From assembly GCA_041736305.1 (NCBI GenBank), contig JBGSTX010000191.1, forward strand, positions 1 through 19,911: 19,911 nucleotides of DNA, read 5' to 3'. The position numbers and the translations under genes were made by a program. Under the pieces are notes generated by a model that had not been told where the DNA came from, did no database searches, and saw only the letters and a list, made by a program, of their open reading frames with translations. Below are positions 15,861 to 19,911 of this stretch, piece by piece. Origin of the DNA: Oligoflexus sp. (GTDB lineage Bacteria; Bdellovibrionota_B; Oligoflexia; Oligoflexales; Oligoflexaceae). Positions within the stretch are counted from its first letter, which is position 1. Every line of letters starts with the position of its first letter.

Positions 15861-17554
15861 AAAGAGGAAAGTTCAGCGAGCTCTTCATGCTGACCACGCG
15901 CTTGCACCTGCCCCTCGTCGAGCACCAGAATCTGATCGCAGTTCACCACCGATGGTGCCCGATGCGAGACGATGAAGGTCGTTCTATCGCGTCTCACCTT
16001 TTGCAAAGTCTCCTGCAAGCGATCCTCCAGCTGAACATCGACCGCGCTCGTCGCTTCATCGAGAAGCAGTATCCGTGGATCTCTAATCAGAGCACGGGCG
16101 AGAGCTAAACGTTGCTTTTGACCACCCGAAAGACGTATGCCTTCATCACCCAGGCTACTGTGCAAGCCACCGGGCAGCGTACGCACAAAGTCCCAGGCCT
16201 CGGCCAGCTGCAGAGCCTGGATCACTCTTTCTTCGCTGGCATCAGCCATACCGTAGGCGACATTTTCATAGATCGAGCCGGCTAGAAGCTTGGTGTCCTG
16301 CGTCACCACCCCGATTGCGCGGCGATACTTTCTCAGATTGAGCTGACTGAGTCTGACGTTGTCGAGCAAAATTTCCCCGCGCGTTGGCTGCAGCAGTCCG
16401 AGTATCAGAGACATGATTGTGCTCTTGCCACAGCCGCTGGGCCCGACGAAGGCCAAAGCGTGGCCAGGGCTGCATTTAAAGCTAAGGTCGTGCACCGCAT
16501 CGCGATCGCTGCCTGGATAACGAAAGGCAACGTTGCGAAACTCCAGAACGCCTTCGATGCGCTGCAGGGAAGTTCCGCTGTCCTCAGCCTCTACCGGCAG
16601 GGCGAGTAGCTCATCGAGAGAGAGAGCCGCTGCCTGCATACGACTCAGGTTAGGAAAAGCATTGACCAGACCCATCAGAGAGCCGCTGATGGAAGCGAAA
16701 AAGGCGTTGAACATGACGATGTCGCCGACCGTGATCTCGCCCTTCATGCAGGCGTATACCGAGATAAAGAGAAACGCGACCTGGACGAGAGTGAAACTGA
16801 TAAAGCTCGCAGCGCCCAGCTTTTCACCCTCCATATCGAAGACGTGACCCTTCTCAAAAACCCCTTTGATTTTCGGTTCTAGCTGCCGAAGGGCGAAGTC
16901 CTCGAGGCCATGGGCCTTGGTGATGAGATTCATACTGAGAAAGTTATGGAGACTGACCGACATCAGTTCGAAAGCCTGCCGGTAGGAAGACGAAGTCTCC
17001 TTGATCCTCTCTAGGAAATGCAGGCGTAAATAGACGCCTATCGGTATCAATACGGCGAAGACCAGAAGGGCCAAGGGCGCTCTGATACAGATTGAAACGA
17101 TGATGATGAGCAGAGATAGGGTAGTCGAAAGAATTTGATTGAGGAAAATGCGGGGAAACTGCTCGATGGTTTCGATGTCGTGAACCGCCTTGGCCTGCAG
17201 TATTCCGGTTCGGAACTTCTCCTGCTGCAGATAGCTGAGGGTATGAATCTTCTCGCAAACTCGGAGGCGGAGATCCTGGCTCAAACCTCGCGATAACTGA
17301 CTGAGGCTCCGCATGGACGCCATAGTCGTCGGAAAATTCAACGCAAGCAGGAAAACCTGTAGACCGGCCCAGAAAAAAACCCAGCGGAGTCGCTGCGGGT
17401 CCTGGCTGCTCGCAAGATCGATCAGCCGGGCCATGATTATGGGGGAGAGCCAAACGCAGGCGGATTTTAGGATGAAATACAGAGTCATTACCGCAAAACT
17501 TTTTTGGTAAGGCCGATAGTAACGCAGGTACCAGTCTCCTACGCGACCCTGCAT
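15827..17554 (-). CDS. ABC exporter, fused permease + ATPase (MsbA/Sav1866 fold)
   Basis: N-terminal multi-TM domain, then GPSGCGKST, VTQD, LSGGQKQR, LLLDEATS and SHR. GGAGG RBS; lies 15 nt downstream of the preceding GH gene. Confidence 0.93.
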   Translation of the reverse strand: MQGRVGDWYLRYYRPYQKSFAVMTLYFILKSACVWLSPIIMARLIDLASSQDPQRLRWVFFWAGLQVFLLALNFPTTMASMRSLSQLSRGLSQDLRLRVCEKIHTLSYLQQEKFRTGILQAKAVHDIETIEQFPRIFLNQILSTTLSLLIIIVSICIRAPLALLVFAVLIPIGVYLRLHFLERIKETSSSYRQAFELMSVSLHNFLSMNLITKAHGLEDFALRQLEPKIKGVFEKGHVFDMEGEKLGAASFISFTLVQVAFLFISVYACMKGEITVGDIVMFNAFFASISGSLMGLVNAFPNLSRMQAAALSLDELLALPVEAEDSGTSLQRIEGVLEFRNVAFRYPGSDRDAVHDLSFKCSPGHALAFVGPSGCGKSTIMSLILGLLQPTRGEILLDNVRLSQLNLRKYRRAIGVVTQDTKLLAGSIYENVAYGMADASEERVIQALQLAEAWDFVRTLPGGLHSSLGDEGIRLSGGQKQRLALARALIRDPRILLLDEATSAVDVQLEDRLQETLQKVRRDRTTFIVSHRAPSVVNCDQILVLDEGQVQARGQHEELAELSSFYRRLTGAIAL

Positions 17555-17569
17555 TTCGCCTCCCTCAAA

Positions 17570-19849
17570 TTAAAGAGCACGCAGCTTGAAAGCCACATCG
17601 TTTTTAAAGGCGGGCAAAGACAGCAGGAGCCGTCCCTTTTTGTTGGTCTCGACCTTTTCAGTGGTAAGCACTTCACCCTTGTAGGTGTCCCACGTCTCAA
17701 ACTGATAGACCCCCTTCTTGAAGCCATCCATGTAGAACTGAATACCGCGGAATTCATAGGGCCCGGGTCTATCCTTCATAGTCATGCCCTTGGTGTCACA
17801 AATCCAACCCATGGCAAAGCTAGAGTTCTTGAGCCCGTAGAAACTCAGCTTCTCTTTGTGGTCTTTACGGATCTTCACCGGCCAGCTCTCCTGCACCGCG
17901 CGCAGATCCATTCCGCGTCGATCGATGCCCGCCAGGAACTTGGCTAGGGCTCCGAAGTGCCTATACAGCTGGTTGGGCTCGATATGCGTATCCCACCACC
18001 AGGGCATTCCATTGCCCGCTACAGGCTGCATGGCCTGAGCCCAGATTCCTGCATGGATGAAAACGCCCTGCTTATCCTGAGCATCGACCCCATCTTTAGA
18101 ATCATAACCGAACTCGCCGAAGAAAAAAGGCTTATTGAAACGTTCGAAGCGAGGAACAACCTGGGCCATCGTCTTCCAGACCCGATGCTGGTAGGCATGA
18201 TATTGGGTGAAATCGATGACAGGCAGCTCGTAAGTCGCCTTGTTATAATAGTCGTAGTAGCTGGTCGTAATCATACGTTTATAGGGATCTTGCTCACGCA
18301 TCCAATTGCCAATATCTTTATGGAACGCGGCATCGTTCTTCGGCGAGAAGCCATCGGCCCAGTTGATCTCATTGAAAATCTCCCAAGCCATGATATGAGG
18401 GCTATAGCCCCAGCGGGCGATGATATAGCGCAGACGCTTCTTGAAATTTTCACGCGCCTTCAGATTGGTGAAAAAATCCTGTGGCTTGGCCAGGGGACCG
18501 CCCTGTTCCTTATTGTAGGGATTGTTCTGCCATTCGGGGTTGACCTTCGTACTCAGTCCGCCGTGAAACTCCATGACGAGCTGGGTGTAGATGCCGTTGA
18601 GGGCGAGGAGATCAATCGTCTCGTCGAGCTTCTTCGCATTTTCTAAATTGTAGTTGCCAAGACCCTGATAGCGACCCATCACCTTCCATTCAATGCCGAA
18701 ATTCCAGGGGGCCATCCAAATGCGCGTCCAGTTTTCGCCGTTTTCCTTCATCGACGCGAACATCTTCTGGTAGTTTTCAATACTATCCCAAGCGGCATTC
18801 TGGCCTATAGGGTAGTAGAACTTGCCACTATCGAAGCTGAAATATTTCTTATCCTTCGGGTCGACCCGTAAAAAGCCGTCGCTAGTAGCGGGCCCGACCT
18901 CGAAGCTCAAGTCTTTACTGAGGGCACTGCCTTTGGGATTCTTGACTTCAATTTGATAAGTCCAGCGACCCGCTTCGGTCGGGGTAAAACGCAAGCGCCA
19001 GTCGGGTTTTTCTACGGGAGCGGCGAGGCTGACTTTGCCATCATAGAGGAAACCGTCCACCTCTTTTACTGCACCAGAGGGGGCTTTGAAGCGAGCCCGC
19101 AGCAGAATCTCCTTCGCTTCGTAGGGATCATGATAGGGAGCCTCGAACTGAACACCTAACTCCATTTTCTCGTAGACCTTAGTCGCGCTCTCGAGAGTCT
19201 TGATCTCTCCGAGCTTAGGCTCGGCATCGATCTTGGCTGCGACGCGTTTTGGTGGCTGGGGCATAGTCGGCTTTCCATTGGAACGCACGTTGTCGAAAAA
19301 GAAGATTCCGGCGTTGGCTTCCCCGGTGTGGACCAGGAAAATCAATGAGCCGAGATCTACCTCTTTAGGCACCGAAGTCTTGTACCCCCAATTGGATGCT
19401 TTAGACTTCAGATCAGCTCCATCAATTTTGAAGCTCAGTCCTTTATTCCAACCAGCCTTCAGCGCCAGCGGCTTCGTTTCGTAGTATTGATCGGCTTCGA
19501 TAGCTAAAGCCAGTTCTACTCCCGAAGTAGGCAGCGGGTTGAATACGTCGACGTAAATCTCGCCGAGATCATGAGCCTTGCCGCCTAGCTCGCGACGGAT
19601 GACAAATTTCTTCTGACCCTTGGAGCCCTCTGGGGTGAAACTGGCCTGCAGAGCCTTCTTCCCCTCAGAGACATTATCGCTGGAGAGTTCGAGCTTGGCG
19701 CTATCACCCCATTCCTTGTTTTCCCAGCGCAGATTCTTTTCAAACCCATCGATCAGGAAGGTAGAAGTAGAAGTAGAAGCTGATTTGTCGGCGGATAGTC
19801 CTCTGGAGCCAATGAGCAGCAAAGCTGCTAAAGCTATGAGTTTGTGCAT
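17570..19849 (-). CDS. Secreted multidomain clan GH-A (GH5-like) glycoside hydrolase: N-terminal CBM-like beta-sandwich, DUF5060-like Ig domain, TIM barrel, C-terminal beta-sandwich
   Basis: Signal peptide; 'LIDGFE...FFDNVR' sandwich; 'PY....I...A.F.APSG....V.GF...WRLRFTPTEAGRWTY'; catalytic-domain motifs 'GENWTRIW', 'RYIIARWGYSPHIMAWEIFNE', 'DFTQYHAY', 'KPFFFGEFG' and 'MPWWWD'. Confidence 0.85.
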   Translation of the reverse strand: MHKLIALAALLLIGSRGLSADKSASTSTSTFLIDGFEKNLRWENKEWGDSAKLELSSDNVSEGKKALQASFTPEGSKGQKKFVIRRELGGKAHDLGEIYVDVFNPLPTSGVELALAIEADQYYETKPLALKAGWNKGLSFKIDGADLKSKASNWGYKTSVPKEVDLGSLIFLVHTGEANAGIFFFDNVRSNGKPTMPQPPKRVAAKIDAEPKLGEIKTLESATKVYEKMELGVQFEAPYHDPYEAKEILLRARFKAPSGAVKEVDGFLYDGKVSLAAPVEKPDWRLRFTPTEAGRWTYQIEVKNPKGSALSKDLSFEVGPATSDGFLRVDPKDKKYFSFDSGKFYYPIGQNAAWDSIENYQKMFASMKENGENWTRIWMAPWNFGIEWKVMGRYQGLGNYNLENAKKLDETIDLLALNGIYTQLVMEFHGGLSTKVNPEWQNNPYNKEQGGPLAKPQDFFTNLKARENFKKRLRYIIARWGYSPHIMAWEIFNEINWADGFSPKNDAAFHKDIGNWMREQDPYKRMITTSYYDYYNKATYELPVIDFTQYHAYQHRVWKTMAQVVPRFERFNKPFFFGEFGYDSKDGVDAQDKQGVFIHAGIWAQAMQPVAGNGMPWWWDTHIEPNQLYRHFGALAKFLAGIDRRGMDLRAVQESWPVKIRKDHKEKLSFYGLKNSSFAMGWICDTKGMTMKDRPGPYEFRGIQFYMDGFKKGVYQFETWDTYKGEVLTTEKVETNKKGRLLLSLPAFKNDVAFKLRAL

Positions 19850-19911
19850 GTGAGCCCCTAGAAATCAATCGAGAGAACCGAGGCCCAGATCGAGTCTGGG
19901 CACTGGCTCGG

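Noticed and set aside
13723-18646. Long opposite-strand or alternate-frame ORFs (13723-14325, 16944-17453, 17504-17947, 17957-18646)
   Set aside because: Shadow ORFs of the well-supported GH and ABC genes.
19761-19779. (GTAGAA)x3 microsatellite as a phase-variation tract
   Set aside because: It is an in-frame 6-bp unit encoding an S/T linker after the signal peptide, so slippage would not switch expression.
19858-19911. Possible 3' end of an upstream minus-strand gene (…WASVLSIDF*) or hairpin GCCCAGA-tcgag-TCTGGGC
   Set aside because: Only about 54 nt are visible and two frames are equally plausible, so it cannot be called.

Overview
Bacterial chromosomal window of roughly 50-55% GC (by eye). 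The gene style suggests Bdellovibrionota/Oligoflexia or a related deltaproteobacterial lineage (inference only). Left part: 3' end of hslO (Hsp33), a hexamer-built tandem/inverted repeat element, an orphan double-domain peptide/nickel-type ABC ATPase, a Fur-family regulator coupled to a TonB/TolA-C-domain membrane protein, pal, and a strongly diverged FliA-like sigma factor. Middle: three uncharacterised exported or lipoprotein genes, then a three-gene minus-strand operon encoding a lipoprotein monoheme cytochrome c, a YceI protein and a beta-barrel with a Cyc2-like N-terminal CxxCH domain. This operon is the best candidate for an undescribed system. Right: a mannose/glycan-flavoured cluster with a GH5 enzyme resembling GH5_10 beta-mannanases (preceded by a near-consensus sigma-28 promoter), a small Cys-rich secreted protein, a polyprenol-phosphomannose synthase, an MsbA-like ABC exporter and a multidomain DUF5060-like clan GH-A hydrolase. 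No rRNA, tRNA, CRISPR array, transposase or integrase was seen. All family assignments come from motif recognition by eye, not from database searches.
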